Shown here one piece after another: positions 28,848 to 40,302 of a DNA stretch of 40,302 bases. Source of the DNA: a virus. Lineage: Duplodnaviria > Heunggongvirae > Uroviricota > Caudoviricetes. Within the stretch, counting starts at the first letter, position 1. Every line of letters starts with the position of its first letter. The position numbers were made by a program, and so were the translations under genes. Where the stretch lies: the IMG/VR virus record IMGVR_UViG_2654588006_000003. One strand, given 5' to 3'. The notes beneath the pieces were generated by a model. That model saw nothing but the letters and a program-made list of their open reading frames with translations, was not told the origin of the DNA and searched no databases.

Positions 28848-31800
28848 ATGGGTAAAGGCAGCAGTAAGGGGCATACCCCGCGCGAAGCGAAGGACAACCT
28901 GAAGTCCACGCAGTTGCTGAGTGTGATCGATGCCATCAGCGAAGGGCCGGTTGAAGGTCCGGTGGATGGATTAAAAAGCGTGCTGCTGAACAGTACGCCG
29001 GTGCTGGACAGTGAGGGGAATACCAATATCTCCGGTGTCACGGTGGTGTTCCGGGCCGGTGAGCAGGAGCAGACTCCGCCGGAGGGATTTGAATCCTCCG
29101 GCTCCGAGACGGTGCTGGGTACGGAAGTGAAATACGACACGCCGATCACCCGCGCCATCACGTCGGCAAACATCGACCGACTGCGCTTTACCTTCGGTGT
29201 GCAGGCACTGGTGGAAACCACCTCAAAGGGGGACCGGAATCCGTCGGAAGTTCGCCTGCTGGTTCAGATACAGCGTAATGGTGGCTGGGTGACGGAAAAA
29301 GACATCACCATTAAGGGCAAAACCACCTCGCAGTATCTGGCCTCGGTGGTGGTGGATAACCTGCCGCCGCGCCCGTTTAATATCCGGATGCGCAGAATGA
29401 CGCCGGACAGCACCACAGACCAGCTGCAGAACAAAACGCTCTGGTCGTCATACACCGAAATCATCGATGTGAAACAGTGCTACCCGAACACGGTACTGGT
29501 CGGCGTACAGGTGGATTCGGAGCAGTTCGGCAGCCAGCAGGTGAGCCGTAATTATCATCTGCGCGGGCGTATTCTGCAGGTGCCGTCGAATTATAACCCG
29601 CAGACGCGGCAATACAGCGGTATCTGGGACGGAACGTTTAAACCGGCATACAGCAACAACATGGCCTGGTGTCTGTGGGATATGCTGACCCACCCGCGCT
29701 ACGGCATGGGGAAACGTCTTGGTGCGGCAGATGTGGATAAATGGGCGCTGTATGTCATCGGCCAGTACTGCGACCAGTCGGTGCCGGACGGCTTTGGCAG
29801 CACGGAGCCGCGCATCACCTGTAATGCCTGGCTGACCACACAGCGCAAGGCGTGGGATGTGCTCAGTGATTTCTGCTCGGCGATGCGCTGTATGCCGGTA
29901 TGGAACGGGCAGACGCTGACGTTCGTGCAGGACCGACCGTCGGATAAGGTGTGGACCTATAACCGCAGTAATGTGGTGATGCCGGATGATGGCGCGCCGT
30001 TCCGCTACAGCTTCAGCGCCCTGAAGGACCGCCATAATGCCGTTGAGGTGAACTGGATTGACCCGGATAACGGCTGGGAGACGGCGACAGAGCTTGTGGA
30101 GGACACGCAGGCCATTGCCCGTTACGGTCGTAATGTCACGAAGATGGATGCCTTTGGCTGTACCAGCCGGGGGCAGGCACACCGAGCCGGGCTGTGGCTG
30201 ATTAAAACGGAGCTGCTGGAAACGCAGACCGTGGATTTCAGCGTCGGCGCAGAAGGGCTTCGCCATGTACCGGGCGATGTTATTGAAATCTGTGATGATG
30301 ACTATGCCGGTATCAGCACCGGTGGTCGTGTGCTGGCGGTGAACAGCCTGACCCGGACGCTGACGCTTGACCGTGAAATCACGCTGCCATCCTCCGGTAC
30401 CACGCTGATAAGCCTGGTTGACGGAAGTGGCAATCCGGTCAGCGTGGAGGTTCAGTCCGTCACCGACGGCGTGAAGGTGAAAGTGAGCCGTGTTCCTGAC
30501 GGTGTTGCTGAATACAGCGTATGGGGGCTGAAGCTGCCGAGGCTGCGCCAGCGACTGTTCCGCTGCGTGAGTATCCGTGAGAACGACGACGGCACGTATG
30601 CCATCACCGCCGTGCAGCATGTGCCGGAAAAAGAGGTCATCGTGGATAACGGGGCGCACTTTGACGGCGAACAGAGTGGCACGGTGAATGGTGTCACGCC
30701 GCCAGCGGTGCAGCACCTGACCGCAGAAGTCACTGCAGACAGCGGGGAATACCAGGTGCTGGCCCGCTGGGACACGCCGAAGGTGGTGAAGGGCGTGAGC
30801 TTCCTGCTTCGCCTGACCGTGGCAGCGGATGACGGCAGTGAGCGGCTGGTCAGCACGGCCCGGACGACGGAAACCACTTACCGCTTCACACAACTGGCGC
30901 TGGGGAACTACAGGCTGACAGTCCGGGCGGTAAATGCGTGGGGGCAGCAGGGCGATCCGGCGTCGGTATCGTTCCGGATTGCCGCACCGGCAGCGCCGTC
31001 GCGGATTGAGCTGACGCCGGGCTATTTTCAGATAACCGCCACGCCGCATCTTGCGGTTTATGATCCGACGGTACAGTTTGAGTTCTGGTTCTCGGAAAAG
31101 CGGATTGCGGATATCAGGCAGGTTGAAACCACAGCACGCTATCTTGGCACGGCGCTGTACTGGATAGCCGCCAGTATCAATATCAGGCCGGGCCATAATT
31201 ATTATTTTTACGTTCGCAGTGTGAACACCGTTGGCAAATCGGCATTCGTGGAGGCTGTTGGTCAGCCGAGTGATGACGCATCCGGCTATCTGGATTTTTT
31301 CAAAGGCGAGATAGGGAAAACCCATCTGGCTCAGGAGCTGTGGACGCAGATTGATAACGGTCAGCTTGCGCCTGACCTGGCTGAAATCAGGACATCCATT
31401 ACGGATGTCAGCAATGAAATCACACAGACCGTCAATAAGAAACTGGAAGACCAGAGTGCAGCGATCCAGCAGATACAGAAGGTTCAGGTTGATACAAATA
31501 ATAATCTGAACAGCATGTGGGCTGTGAAGCTGCAGCAGATGCAGGACGGACGCCTTTATATTGCGGGTATCGGTGCCGGTATTGAGAACACCCCCGACGG
31601 CATGCAGAGTCAGGTGCTGCTGGCGGCAGACAGGATTGCGATGATTAATCCTGCAAATGGCAACACAAAACCGATGTTTGTTGGTCAGGGTGATCAGATA
31701 TTCATGAATGAAGTGTTCCTGAAATATCTGACGGCTCCCACCATTACCAGCGGCGGTAATCCTCCTGCATTTTCCCTGACACCGGACGGAAAGCTGACCG

Positions 31801-32327
31801 CTAAAAATGCAGATATCAGTGGCAGTGTGAATGCGAACGCCGGGACGCTCAACAACGTTACGATAAATGAAAACTGTCAGATTAAAGGGAAACTGTCAGC
31901 CAACCAGATTGAAGGCGATATTGTCAAAACAGTGGGTAAGGCTTTCCCGCGGGACTCCCGGGCACCGGAGCGGTGGCCATCAGGGACCATTACCGTCAGG
32001 ATTTATGACGATCAGCCGTTTGACCGGCAGATTGTTATTCCGGCGGTGGCATTCAGCGGTGCTAAACATGAGCGGGAGAATAACGATATTTACTCCTCAT
32101 GCCGCCTGATAGTGAAGAAAAATGGTGCTGAAATTTATAACCGTACCGCGCTGGATAATACGCTGATTTACAGTGGTGTTATTGATATGCCAGCTGGTCA
32201 CGGCCACATGACGCTGGAGTTTTCGGTGTCAGCATGGCTGGTAAATGACTGGTATCCCACAGCAAGTATCAGCGATTTGCTGGTTGTGGTGATGAAGAAA
32301 GCCACCGCAGGCATCAGTATCAGCTGA
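28848..32327 (+). CDS. J: Central tail fibre / host specificity protein J (1159 aa)
   Basis: ORF track; N-terminal and central regions match lambda J as recalled ([34 protein letters not shown]...); fibronectin-like repeats; C-terminal part appears divergent. Confidence 0.95.
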   Translation: MGKGSSKGHTPREAKDNLKSTQLLSVIDAISEGPVEGPVDGLKSVLLNSTPVLDSEGNTNISGVTVVFRAGEQEQTPPEGFESSGSETVLGTEVKYDTPITRAITSANIDRLRFTFGVQALVETTSKGDRNPSEVRLLVQIQRNGGWVTEKDITIKGKTTSQYLASVVVDNLPPRPFNIRMRRMTPDSTTDQLQNKTLWSSYTEIIDVKQCYPNTVLVGVQVDSEQFGSQQVSRNYHLRGRILQVPSNYNPQTRQYSGIWDGTFKPAYSNNMAWCLWDMLTHPRYGMGKRLGAADVDKWALYVIGQYCDQSVPDGFGSTEPRITCNAWLTTQRKAWDVLSDFCSAMRCMPVWNGQTLTFVQDRPSDKVWTYNRSNVVMPDDGAPFRYSFSALKDRHNAVEVNWIDPDNGWETATELVEDTQAIARYGRNVTKMDAFGCTSRGQAHRAGLWLIKTELLETQTVDFSVGAEGLRHVPGDVIEICDDDYAGISTGGRVLAVNSLTRTLTLDREITLPSSGTTLISLVDGSGNPVSVEVQSVTDGVKVKVSRVPDGVAEYSVWGLKLPRLRQRLFRCVSIRENDDGTYAITAVQHVPEKEVIVDNGAHFDGEQSGTVNGVTPPAVQHLTAEVTADSGEYQVLARWDTPKVVKGVSFLLRLTVAADDGSERLVSTARTTETTYRFTQLALGNYRLTVRAVNAWGQQGDPASVSFRIAAPAAPSRIELTPGYFQITATPHLAVYDPTVQFEFWFSEKRIADIRQVETTARYLGTALYWIAASINIRPGHNYYFYVRSVNTVGKSAFVEAVGQPSDDASGYLDFFKGEIGKTHLAQELWTQIDNGQLAPDLAEIRTSITDVSNEITQTVNKKLEDQSAAIQQIQKVQVDTNNNLNSMWAVKLQQMQDGRLYIAGIGAGIENTPDGMQSQVLLAADRIAMINPANGNTKPMFVGQGDQIFMNEVFLKYLTAPTITSGGNPPAFSLTPDGKLTAKNADISGSVNANAGTLNNVTINENCQIKGKLSANQIEGDIVKTVGKAFPRDSRAPERWPSGTITVRIYDDQPFDRQIVIPAVAFSGAKHERENNDIYSSCRLIVKKNGAEIYNRTALDNTLIYSGVIDMPAGHGHMTLEFSVSAWLVNDWYPTASISDLLVVVMKKATAGISIS

Positions 32328-32394
32328 ATTTTATAACCCATATACGGGCGCCAGAAATGGCGCCTTTTTTATTGCAGAAAAGCGAGAGGTAATT

Positions 32395-32994
32395 ATGCGT
32401 AAAGTTTGTGCAGCCATTTTGTCCACAGCCATCTGTCTGGCCGTATCCGGTGCGCCTGCATGGGCGTCTGAGCAGCAGGCCACACTGAGCGCAGGGTATC
32501 TTCATGCCCGTACGAACGCTCCCGGCAGCGATAATCTGAACGGGATTAACGTGAAATACCGTTATGAGTTTACGGACACGCTGGGGCTGATTACGTCATT
32601 CAGTTATGCCAACGCTGAAGATGAGCAAAAAACGCATTACAGCGATACCCGCTGGCATGAAGATTCCGTGCGTAACCGCTGGTTCAGCGTAATGGCGGGG
32701 CCGTCTGTGCGCGTGAATGAATGGTTCAGCGTGTATGCGATGGCGGGTGTGGCTTACAGCCGTGTGTCGACTTTCTTCGGGGATTATCTCCGCGTAACTG
32801 ACAACAAGGGGAAAACGCACGATGTGCTGACCGGAAGTGATGACGGTCGCCACAGCAACACGTCTCTGGCGTGGGGGGCTGGCGTGCAGTTTAACCCGAC
32901 CGAATCCGTGGCCATTGATATTGCTTATGAAGGCTCCGGCAGTGGTGACTGGCGCACTGACGGTTTCATCGTGGGTGTCGGTTATAAATTCTGA
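32395..32994 (+). CDS. lom: Lom-like outer membrane beta-barrel protein (Ail/Lom family), 199 aa
   Basis: ORF track; signal peptide [24 protein letters not shown] and C-terminal ...GVGYKF beta-barrel terminus; position after J as in lambda. Confidence 0.9.
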   Translation: MRKVCAAILSTAICLAVSGAPAWASEQQATLSAGYLHARTNAPGSDNLNGINVKYRYEFTDTLGLITSFSYANAEDEQKTHYSDTRWHEDSVRNRWFSVMAGPSVRVNEWFSVYAMAGVAYSRVSTFFGDYLRVTDNKGKTHDVLTGSDDGRHSNTSLAWGAGVQFNPTESVAIDIAYEGSGSGDWRTDGFIVGVGYKF

Positions 32995-33019
32995 TTAGCC
33001 AGGTAACACAGTGTTATGA

Positions 33020-33049
33020 CAGCCCGCCGGCTCAGGCGGGCTTTTTTGT
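33020..33049 (+). terminator. Rho-independent terminator after lom
   Basis: agcccgcc-ggctca-ggcgggct stem followed by a T6 run. Confidence 0.7.
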
Positions 33050-33058
33050 GGGGTGAAT

Positions 33059-36000
33059 ATGGCAGTAAAGATTTCAGGTGTACTGAAAGACGGCACAGGA
33101 AAACCGGTACAGAACTGCACAATCCAGCTGAAAGCAAAACGTAACAGCACCAGGGTGGTGGTGAACACGCTGGCCTCAGAAAATCCGGATGAAGCCGGGC
33201 GTTACAGCATGGACGTTGAGTACGGTCAGTACAGCGTTATTCTGTTGGTGGAGGGATTCCCGCCGTCACATGCCGGGACCATCACCGTGTATGAAGATTC
33301 TCAACCCGGTACGCTGAATGATTTTCTCGGTGCCATGACGGAGGATGATGCCCGTCCGGAGGCACTGCGCCGTTTTGAACTGATGGTGGAAGAGGTGGCG
33401 CGTAACGCGTCCGCGGTGGCACAGAACACGGCAGCCGCGAAGAAGTCAGCCAGCGATGCCGGCACATCAGCCCGTGAGGCGGCAACCCATGCGACTGATG
33501 CTGCAGGCTCAGCACGTGCAGCCAGCACATCAGCCGGGCAGGCCGCGACGTCGGCTCAGTCAGCGTCTTCCAGCGCAGGAACGGCATCAACAAAGGCTAC
33601 TGAAGCATCAAAAAGTGCTGCCGCTGCAGAGTCCTCAAAAAGCGCGGCGGCTACCAGTGCCGGTGCGGCGAAAAAGTCAGAAACGAATGCCGCAGCGTCA
33701 CAACAATCAGCAGCCACTTCTGCATCCACCGCGACTACGAAAGCGTCAGAAGCTGCCACCTCAGCCCGGGATGCGGCGGCCTCAAAAGAAGCAGCGAAAT
33801 CATCAGAAACGAACGCATCCTCGAGCGTCAGTAGCGCAGCTTCCTCGGCAACGGCGGCAGCAAATTCCGCGAAGGCGGCAAAAACGTCCGAGACGAACGC
33901 CAGGTCTTCTGAGACGGCAGCGGGACAGAGCGCCTCAGCTGCGGCAGGCTCAAAAACAGCGGCTGCGTCGTCTGCCAGTACCGCGTCAACAAGTGCCGGG
34001 CAGGCCTCAGCCAGTGCCACCGCCGCCGGAAAATCGGCAGAAAGTGCCGCATCGTCTGCTTCAACAGCCACAACGAAGGCTGGCGAAGCCACTGAACAGG
34101 CCAACGCAGCAGCGAGGTCAGCTTCCGCAGCGAAGACATCCGAAACGAACGCGAAAGCGTCGGAAACCAGCGCAGAATCCTCAAAAACGGCTGCCGCATC
34201 GTCCGCCAGTTCGGCGGCGTCATCGGCCTCATCGGCGTCTGCTTCAAAAGATGAGGCGACCAGACAGGCATCAGCAGCGAAAGGCAGCGCCACGACGGCA
34301 TCCACGAAGGCAACAGAGGCTGCTGGCAGTGCGACGGCGGCAGCACAGAGCAAGAATACGGCAGAATCCGCAGCAACGCGCGCCGAGACAGCAGCTAAAC
34401 GGGCAGAGGATATTGCATCCGCCGTGGCGCTTGAGGATGCGAGCACGACGAAAAAGGGGATAGTACAGCTCAGCAGTGCGACCAACAGTACGTCTGAAAC
34501 GCTGGCGGCAACGCCAAAGGCAGTAAAATCAGCCTATGACAATGCAGAGAAACGTCTGCAGAAAGACCAGAACGGCGCTGATATACCCGATAAGGGACGC
34601 TTCCTGAACAACATTAACGCGGTCAGTAAAACAGACTTTGCTGATAAGCGTGGTATGCGTTATGTGCGGGTTAACGCTCCTGCAGGTGCAACATCTGGAA
34701 AATATTACCCTGTTGTTGTTATGCGTTCTGCTGGCTCAGTAAGCGAACTGGCATCAAGGGTCATTATCACCACGGCAACGCGAACCGCAGGCGATCCGAT
34801 GAATAACTGCGAGTTTAACGGATTTGTTATGCCTGGTGGCTGGACTGACAGGGGGCGTTATGCTTATGGAATGTTCTGGCAATATCAAAACAATGAACGA
34901 GCCATCCACTCAATAATGATGAGTAATAAGGGCGATGATTTGCGCTCTGTGTTCTATGTTGATGGCGCTGCTTTCCCTGTTTTTGCGTTTATCGAAGATG
35001 GCCTGTCAATATCCGCACCTGGTGCTGATCTCGTTGTTAATGATACGACCTATAAGTTTGGGGCAACAAATCCAGCGACTGAATGTATCGCGGCGGACGT
35101 TATCCTTGATTTTAAGAGTGGGCGTGGTTTTTATGAGTCTCATTCGTTAATCGTTAACGATAATTTGTCGTGCAAAAAACTTTTTGCCACAGACGAAATT
35201 GTAGCGCGTGGTGGTAATCAGATTCGAATGATAGGTGGGGAGTATGGTGCATTATGGCGTAATGATGGCGCTAAAACTTACCTGCTGCTTACCAATCAAG
35301 GTGATGTTTATGGTGGCTGGAATACATTAAGACCGTTTGCTATTGATAACGCAACCGGCGAACTGGTTATTGGAACCAAACTGTCCGCAAGTCTGAACGG
35401 TAATGCATTAACAGCAACAAAGCTGCAAACGCCAAGACTGGTTTCTGGTGTTGAGTTTGATGGTTCCAGAGATATTACTTTAACCGCCGCGCATGTGGCT
35501 GCTTTTGCCAGAAGGGCAACGGATACATATGCCGATGCGGATGGTGGCGTTCCCTGGAATGCCGAATCAGGTGCTTACAATGTCACCCGCTCTGGCGACA
35601 GCTATATTCTGGTTAACTTCTATACCGGAGTCGGAAGTTGCCGGACCTTGCAGATGAAGGCGCATTACAGAAATGGTGGTCTGTTCTACCGTTCTTCAAG
35701 AGACGGTTATGGTTTTGAGGAAGACTGGGCAGAAGTTTATACCTCGAAAAATCTTCCACCAGAAAGCTACCCAGTCGGCGCACCAATCCCGTGGCCATCA
35801 GATACCGTTCCGTCTGGTTATGCCCTGATGCAGGGGCAGGCTTTTGACAAATCTGCTTACCCGAAACTTGCAGCCGCTTATCCGTCAGGCGTGATCCCTG
35901 ATATGCGTGGCTGGACGATTAAGGGCAAACCTGCCAGTGGTCGGGCCGTATTGTCTCAGGAACAGGACGGCATTAAATCTCATACCCACAGCGCCAGCGC

Positions 36001-36421
36001 ATCCAGTACAGATTTGGGGACGAAAACCACATCGTCGTTTGATTACGGCACTAAATCCACGAATAACACCGGGGCACATACACACAGTGTGAGCGGCTCT
36101 ACAAACTCGGCTGGAGCACACACACACTCACTAGCCAACGTGAACACGGCTAGTGCTAACTCCGGTGCTGGTAGTGCATCAACAAGATTGTCTGTTGTGC
36201 ATAATCAAAACTATGCAACATCATCTGCTGGCGCACATACCCACTCACTGTCCGGCACTGCTGCAAGCGCAGGTGCACACGCGCATACTGTCGGTATTGG
36301 TGCTCATACGCACTCCGTTGCGATTGGTTCACATGGACACACCATCACCGTTAACGCTGCTGGTAACGCGGAAAACACCGTCAAAAACATCGCATTTAAC
36401 TATATTGTGAGGCTTGCATAA
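33059..36421 (+). CDS. stfQ: Side tail fibre protein Stf (about 1120 aa)
   Basis: ORF track 33053..36421 with ATG at 33059; long Ala/Ser/Thr-rich fibrous repeat region; C-terminal His-rich GAHTHS repeats; followed by tfa. Confidence 0.9.
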   Translation: MAVKISGVLKDGTGKPVQNCTIQLKAKRNSTRVVVNTLASENPDEAGRYSMDVEYGQYSVILLVEGFPPSHAGTITVYEDSQPGTLNDFLGAMTEDDARPEALRRFELMVEEVARNASAVAQNTAAAKKSASDAGTSAREAATHATDAAGSARAASTSAGQAATSAQSASSSAGTASTKATEASKSAAAAESSKSAAATSAGAAKKSETNAAASQQSAATSASTATTKASEAATSARDAAASKEAAKSSETNASSSVSSAASSATAAANSAKAAKTSETNARSSETAAGQSASAAAGSKTAAASSASTASTSAGQASASATAAGKSAESAASSASTATTKAGEATEQANAAARSASAAKTSETNAKASETSAESSKTAAASSASSAASSASSASASKDEATRQASAAKGSATTASTKATEAAGSATAAAQSKNTAESAATRAETAAKRAEDIASAVALEDASTTKKGIVQLSSATNSTSETLAATPKAVKSAYDNAEKRLQKDQNGADIPDKGRFLNNINAVSKTDFADKRGMRYVRVNAPAGATSGKYYPVVVMRSAGSVSELASRVIITTATRTAGDPMNNCEFNGFVMPGGWTDRGRYAYGMFWQYQNNERAIHSIMMSNKGDDLRSVFYVDGAAFPVFAFIEDGLSISAPGADLVVNDTTYKFGATNPATECIAADVILDFKSGRGFYESHSLIVNDNLSCKKLFATDEIVARGGNQIRMIGGEYGALWRNDGAKTYLLLTNQGDVYGGWNTLRPFAIDNATGELVIGTKLSASLNGNALTATKLQTPRLVSGVEFDGSRDITLTAAHVAAFARRATDTYADADGGVPWNAESGAYNVTRSGDSYILVNFYTGVGSCRTLQMKAHYRNGGLFYRSSRDGYGFEEDWAEVYTSKNLPPESYPVGAPIPWPSDTVPSGYALMQGQAFDKSAYPKLAAAYPSGVIPDMRGWTIKGKPASGRAVLSQEQDGIKSHTHSASASSTDLGTKTTSSFDYGTKSTNNTGAHTHSVSGSTNSAGAHTHSLANVNTASANSGAGSASTRLSVVHNQNYATSSAGAHTHSLSGTAASAGAHAHTVGIGAHTHSVAIGSHGHTITVNAAGNAENTVKNIAFNYIVRLA

Positions 36422-36996
36422 TGGCATTCAGAATGAGTGAACAACCACGGACCATAAAAATTTATAATCTGCTGGCCGGAACTAATGAATTTATTGGTGA
36501 AGGTGATGCATATATTCCGCCTCATACAGGTCTGCCAGCAAACAGTACCGATATTGCACCGCCAGATATTCCGGCTGGCTTCGTGGCTGTTTTCAACAGT
36601 GATGAGTCATCGTGGCATCTCGTTGAAGATCATCGGGGTAAAACGGTTTATGACGTGGCTTCCGGCAACGCGTTATTTATTTCTGAACTCGGTCCGTTAC
36701 CGGAAAATGTTACCTGGTTATCGCCGGAAGGGGAGTTTCAGAAGTGGAACGGCACAGCCTGGGTGAAGGATACGGAAGCAGAAAAACTGTTCCGGATCCG
36801 GGAGGCGGAAGAAACAAAAAACAACCTGATGCAGGTAGCCAGTGAGCATATTGCGCCGCTTCAGGATGCTGCAGATCTGGAAATTGCAACGGAGGAAGAA
36901 ATCTCGTTGCTGGAAGCATGGAAAAAGTATCGGGTATTGCTGAACCGTGTTGATACGTCAACTGCACAGGATATTGAATGGCCAGCACTGCCGTAG
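36421..36996 (+). CDS. tfaQ: Tail fibre assembly protein Tfa (191 aa)
   Basis: ORF track; start overlaps stf stop; sequence recognised as the TfaR/TfaQ family. Confidence 0.9.
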   Translation: MAFRMSEQPRTIKIYNLLAGTNEFIGEGDAYIPPHTGLPANSTDIAPPDIPAGFVAVFNSDESSWHLVEDHRGKTVYDVASGNALFISELGPLPENVTWLSPEGEFQKWNGTAWVKDTEAEKLFRIREAEETKNNLMQVASEHIAPLQDAADLEIATEEEISLLEAWKKYRVLLNRVDTSTAQDIEWPALP

Positions 36997-37093
36997 GGTA
37001 AAACATATAAATTCTATAATTAGATGTATCTTTCCATTTACGGCAAGGAAGGGGGCTTGGAAGACGTAAAGCATCTCACACCGAGATTATTTT

Positions 37094-37684
37094 TTATATG
37101 TCAGGTGTCTGAAGTTTTGCTTTGGCTCTTAAAATGGTTTGCCGCGAGGTTTTGAATTCCCGGGCAATGGCACTTATACTTACACCTGACTTAATTCGTT
37201 CGAATACCACCTGTTTCTGTTCTTCATTTAACACAGGTGGTCGACCAAAACGTTTCCCTGCGCCGCGGGCTCTTACTATCCCGGAATGAGTGCGTTCAAG
37301 TAAAAGGTCTCGTTCAAATTCAGCGACTGCTGAAATTACTTGCATCATCATTTTTCCTGTTGGACTGGTCAGGTCAATGCCACCCAATGCTAAGCAATGC
37401 ACTCTGATACCTGTTTCGGTCAGTTGTTCCACTGTTTTCCTGATATCCATTGCATTACAACCAAGGCGATCCAGTTTTGTCACAATCAATTGATCACCAC
37501 ATTTCAGGCGAGCAAGCAACCGGTTAAAACCAGGACGCTCACTGGTTGCTGCTGAGCCGCTAATGTGTTCTTCGATTATTTGCTGAGGTTTGATTTTAAA
37601 ACCTGCACTTTCGATTTCCCGGCGTTGATTTTCGGTGGTCTGATCCAGCGTTGATATCCGACAGTAAGCAAAAATTCGAGACAT
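37094..37684 (-). CDS. pinQ: Pin-family serine DNA invertase (196 aa)
   Basis: ORF track; N-terminal catalytic Ser motif (YCRISTLDQ) and C-terminal HTH; convergent with tfa. Confidence 0.9.
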
Positions 37685-38000
37685 AGTGAGACTCTATACG
37701 AAATTGGTGTTCATATCATAATGCATCTCAGAAAATAATTATGATTATTTTTGTGCATATTTGTATGTACACGTTCGAAAATAAACGAATGCGTATGCAA
37801 CCCCGTAATTTTGGTGAGACCCAAAATCGATTTTGTGAAAAATGGCTTTAACTCGGTTTGTTTTTCGAGTTCCGGGCGGACTCAAGGAAGAAGAATAGTG
37901 TTGCGTGTTATTTTAACCAGATTTCAAGTTGTTTGGTCGTGGAAAAGTGGAGCAAAATGTTGTTAAAGTGGAAAAATGATAAAAAAGTAAGTTTATTATA

Positions 38001-38234
38001 TTACATTTTACCATTTAAATTTTGGTTGTCTTTAAGAACTGATATCGCTGTTTGTAATAATTCTTTGTTATCCAGCCATGATTTTTTCTTTATGTTTCCT
38101 TCAATGTAATCAAGCAATGTTCTGGTATTGATAGGTCTTCCCTGTTTTGCTACTTCCACTACAGCATCCCCTAGGATAATTCTTACTTCAGGAAGCTGCG
38201 CAGGGAACCACTTTAGGGTGTCTTTTGATTTCAT
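38001..38234 (-). CDS. ydfK: YdfK/YnaE-family small protein (77 aa)
   Basis: Internal ATG (MKSKDTLKWFPAQLPEVRIILGD...) of ORF 38001..38267; sequence recognised. Confidence 0.75.
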   Translation of the reverse strand: MKSKDTLKWFPAQLPEVRIILGDAVVEVAKQGRPINTRTLLDYIEGNIKKKSWLDNKELLQTAISVLKDNQNLNGKM

Positions 38235-39018
38235 GAAGATATTCCTTAAAATATTATTGATTTTCATTGCGATATTGTATGTCTGATTCAGGATATGTTG
38301 ACTTATACATCGGTTTTGTCTGGGTTATTGGATATGCCAATCCCTAATTTTATTAGGGCATGACTAAAAATGCTGAATATGATAAGGAGAGAAGTGATTA
38401 TCAGTATGCTGTTCATATAGCCTCGAATTAGTAATGTGTTATATATGATATAGTTGACAATTTTTATCTTGGGTGTTCTTAAAGTTCGTAGATAAACATT
38501 GTCGTTTCAGGTATACAGGAATGCTAACAGGTGGCGGCAAAAATCAGGCGGTTTATGGCGCAATCTGAAGTGGCAACTGCAAACTATCTTATGCAGAGAC
38601 TCTACACGGATTGGGTTTAAAAGTATACATAGATAACAATTTTTATCTGAAGAAGAAAAATATCAAGGTGATATAGCCTATATGCCTTTGATGCGGAGGA
38701 ATGAATGTGATGGGAGTGATGTATCTGAATAGTTGAAAAACCGCAGACACGCCTTATGCAAGAACGTGCTGCGGTTGGCTGGTAAATTTTTCGATAGTGC
38801 GAGTATTGAATGATTTCCAGCCGTTATTGATTTTACGCGTAAATCCATGAAAAAACTACTTATCTGTTGGGGAGTTTTTTGGGGCATATATGGGACAGAA
38901 ATAGGCCCCAGATAGACACTGAGATCGAACTTAGGATGCTTTTAAAAAAATGCAACTATCTGAAAAAACCTAGAAAACGCCAAGGAAACCACAGGATGGG
39001 AAAAAACACCTGTGAATT

Positions 39019-40302
39019 ATGGATTTCCAGTTATATTCGCTCGACGCAGCGTTGGTGTTTCATGAAATATTTTTTCCTGAATCATCAACGGCAATGGCGT
39101 TAATTTTGGCAATGGGAACCTACGGTGCAGGTTATGTGGCGCGTATTGTCGGAGCATTTATTTTCGGCAAAATGGGCGACAGAATAGGGCGTAAAAAAGT
39201 GCTCTTTATTACCATCACCATGATGGGGATCTGTACCACCTTAATTGGTGTGTTACCGACCTATGCACAGATTGGTGTTTTTGCCCCCATCTTGCTGGTG
39301 ACGCTGCGTATTATTCAGGGGTTGGGTGCAGGTGCGGAAATTTCCGGTGCCGGTACGATGCTGGCGGAATATGCACCAAAAGGTAAGCGCGGAATTATCT
39401 CCTCATTTGTAGCTATGGGAACTAACTGCGGAAGCTTGAGCGCAACGGCAATCTGGGCCTTTATGTTCTTCATTCTCAGTAAAGAGGAACTGCTGGCGTG
39501 GGGATGGCGTATACCGTTCCTGGCGAGCGTTGTCGTGATGGTCTTTGCTATCTGGTTACGTATGAATCTGAAAGAAAGCCCGGTCTTTGAGAAGGTTAAT
39601 GACAGCAACCAACCCACAGCAAAACCTGCACCTGCTGGTAGCATGTTCCAGAGCAAATCCTTCTGGCTGGCAACAGGGCTGCGTTTTGGTCAGGCGGGTA
39701 ACTCCGGGTTAATTCAGACTTTCCTTGCAGGCTATTTAGTGCAGACGTTATTGTTTAACAAAGCAATTCCAACAGATGCATTGATGATTAGTTCGATTCT
39801 CGGCTTTATGACCATTCCGTTCCTTGGTTGGTTATCCGATAAAATTGGTCGCCGGATCCCGTATATTATTATGAATACCTCCGCGATTGTGCTGGCATGG
39901 CCAATGCTTTCTATCATTGTAGATAAAAGCTATGCCCCGAGCACCATTATGGTTGCACTGATTGTGATTCATAACTGTGCGGTGCTGGGATTATTTGCTC
40001 TGGAAAACATTACCATGGCAGAAATGTTCGGCTGTAAAAACCGCTTTACCCGGATGGCTATTTCTAAAGAAATTGGTGGTCTTATCGCTTCCGGTTTTGG
40101 TCCTATCCTGGCGGGTATTTTCTGCACCATGACGGAATCCTGGTATCCGATCGCCATTATGATCATGGCATATTCAGTAATTGGTTTAATCTCTGCGCTG
40201 AAAATGCCAGAGGTGAAAGACCGTGATTTAAGTGCGCTGGAAGACGCTGCGGAAGATCAACCGCGTGTTGTAAGAGCTGCGCAACCTTCCAGAAGTCTGT
40301 AA
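39019..40302 (+). CDS. ydfJ: MFS metabolite:H+ symporter family transporter, N-terminally truncated (host gene at prophage junction)
   Basis: ORF track, 427 aa; multiple TM segments and MFS motif GKMGDRIGRKK; by alignment logic to ProP-like transporters it starts inside TM1, with an in-frame stop directly upstream (39013..39015). Confidence 0.85.
   Translation: MDFQLYSLDAALVFHEIFFPESSTAMALILAMGTYGAGYVARIVGAFIFGKMGDRIGRKKVLFITITMMGICTTLIGVLPTYAQIGVFAPILLVTLRIIQGLGAGAEISGAGTMLAEYAPKGKRGIISSFVAMGTNCGSLSATAIWAFMFFILSKEELLAWGWRIPFLASVVVMVFAIWLRMNLKESPVFEKVNDSNQPTAKPAPAGSMFQSKSFWLATGLRFGQAGNSGLIQTFLAGYLVQTLLFNKAIPTDALMISSILGFMTIPFLGWLSDKIGRRIPYIIMNTSAIVLAWPMLSIIVDKSYAPSTIMVALIVIHNCAVLGLFALENITMAEMFGCKNRFTRMAISKEIGGLIASGFGPILAGIFCTMTESWYPIAIMIMAYSVIGLISALKMPEVKDRDLSALEDAAEDQPRVVRAAQPSRSL

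Noticed and set aside
29448-31325. 625-aa minus-strand ORF (and 141-aa ORF 30452..30877) inside gene J
   Set aside because: Lies entirely antisense to the well-supported J coding sequence; Arg/Pro/His-rich composition typical of reverse-strand artefacts in GC-rich genes; no start context.
33282-34485. Long ORFs in alternative frames and on the minus strand across the stf repeat region (for example 33456..34463, 335 aa Arg/Gln/Pro-rich; 33556..34485 minus, 309 aa Ala/Asp-rich)
   Set aside because: Products of the low-complexity Ala/Ser codon repeats of stf read in other frames; the stf frame is continuous and homologous to side tail fibres.
39315-40166. Minus-strand ORFs inside the MFS transporter gene
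   Set aside because: Antisense to a 427-aa membrane transporter with clear MFS motifs.

Overview
The window is almost entirely one Qin-type lambdoid prophage of Escherichia coli, running from a tyrosine integrase at the left edge (20..1315, minus) to a 5'-disrupted host MFS transporter gene (ydfJ-like, 39019..40302) at the right. Left to right: integrase, excisionase-like gene and a large DnaQ-type exonuclease (ydfE-like); the dicB/dicF cell-division inhibitor operon (ydfA-ydfB-ydfC-dicF-dicB-ydfD) under the dicA/dicC immunity switch; a replication module with iteron-like repeats inside the initiator gene; a methyltransferase interrupted by an in-frame TAA; an island of short ORFs; an inserted rve-type DDE transposase gene (frameshifted); flxA with a sigma-28 promoter; the relB-relE-hokD toxin-antitoxin cluster; rem, ydfU and the Q-like antiterminator quuQ; cold-shock paralogs cspF, cspB and cspI interleaved with a lysis cassette (pinholin, SAR endolysin, spanins); then a lambda-type cos site with Nu1 and A terminase genes, an in-frame W-H fusion ORF that marks loss of the whole portal/capsid/tail-shaft module, tail-tip genes M, L, K, I (frameshifted) and J, lom, side tail fibre stf/tfa and a Pin-family invertase. 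The prophage looks defective but retains cos, terminase, toxins and division inhibitors. I found no tRNA, rRNA or CRISPR array. I did not identify a wholly novel system; nearly every gene matches a known Qin or lambda family, so the findings are lesions and poorly characterised small-ORF regions. Gene names and identities are from memory of E. coli K-12 Qin and phage lambda proteins, not from a database search. Coordinates of small genes, RNA and sites were derived by hand from the sequence and the ORF track.
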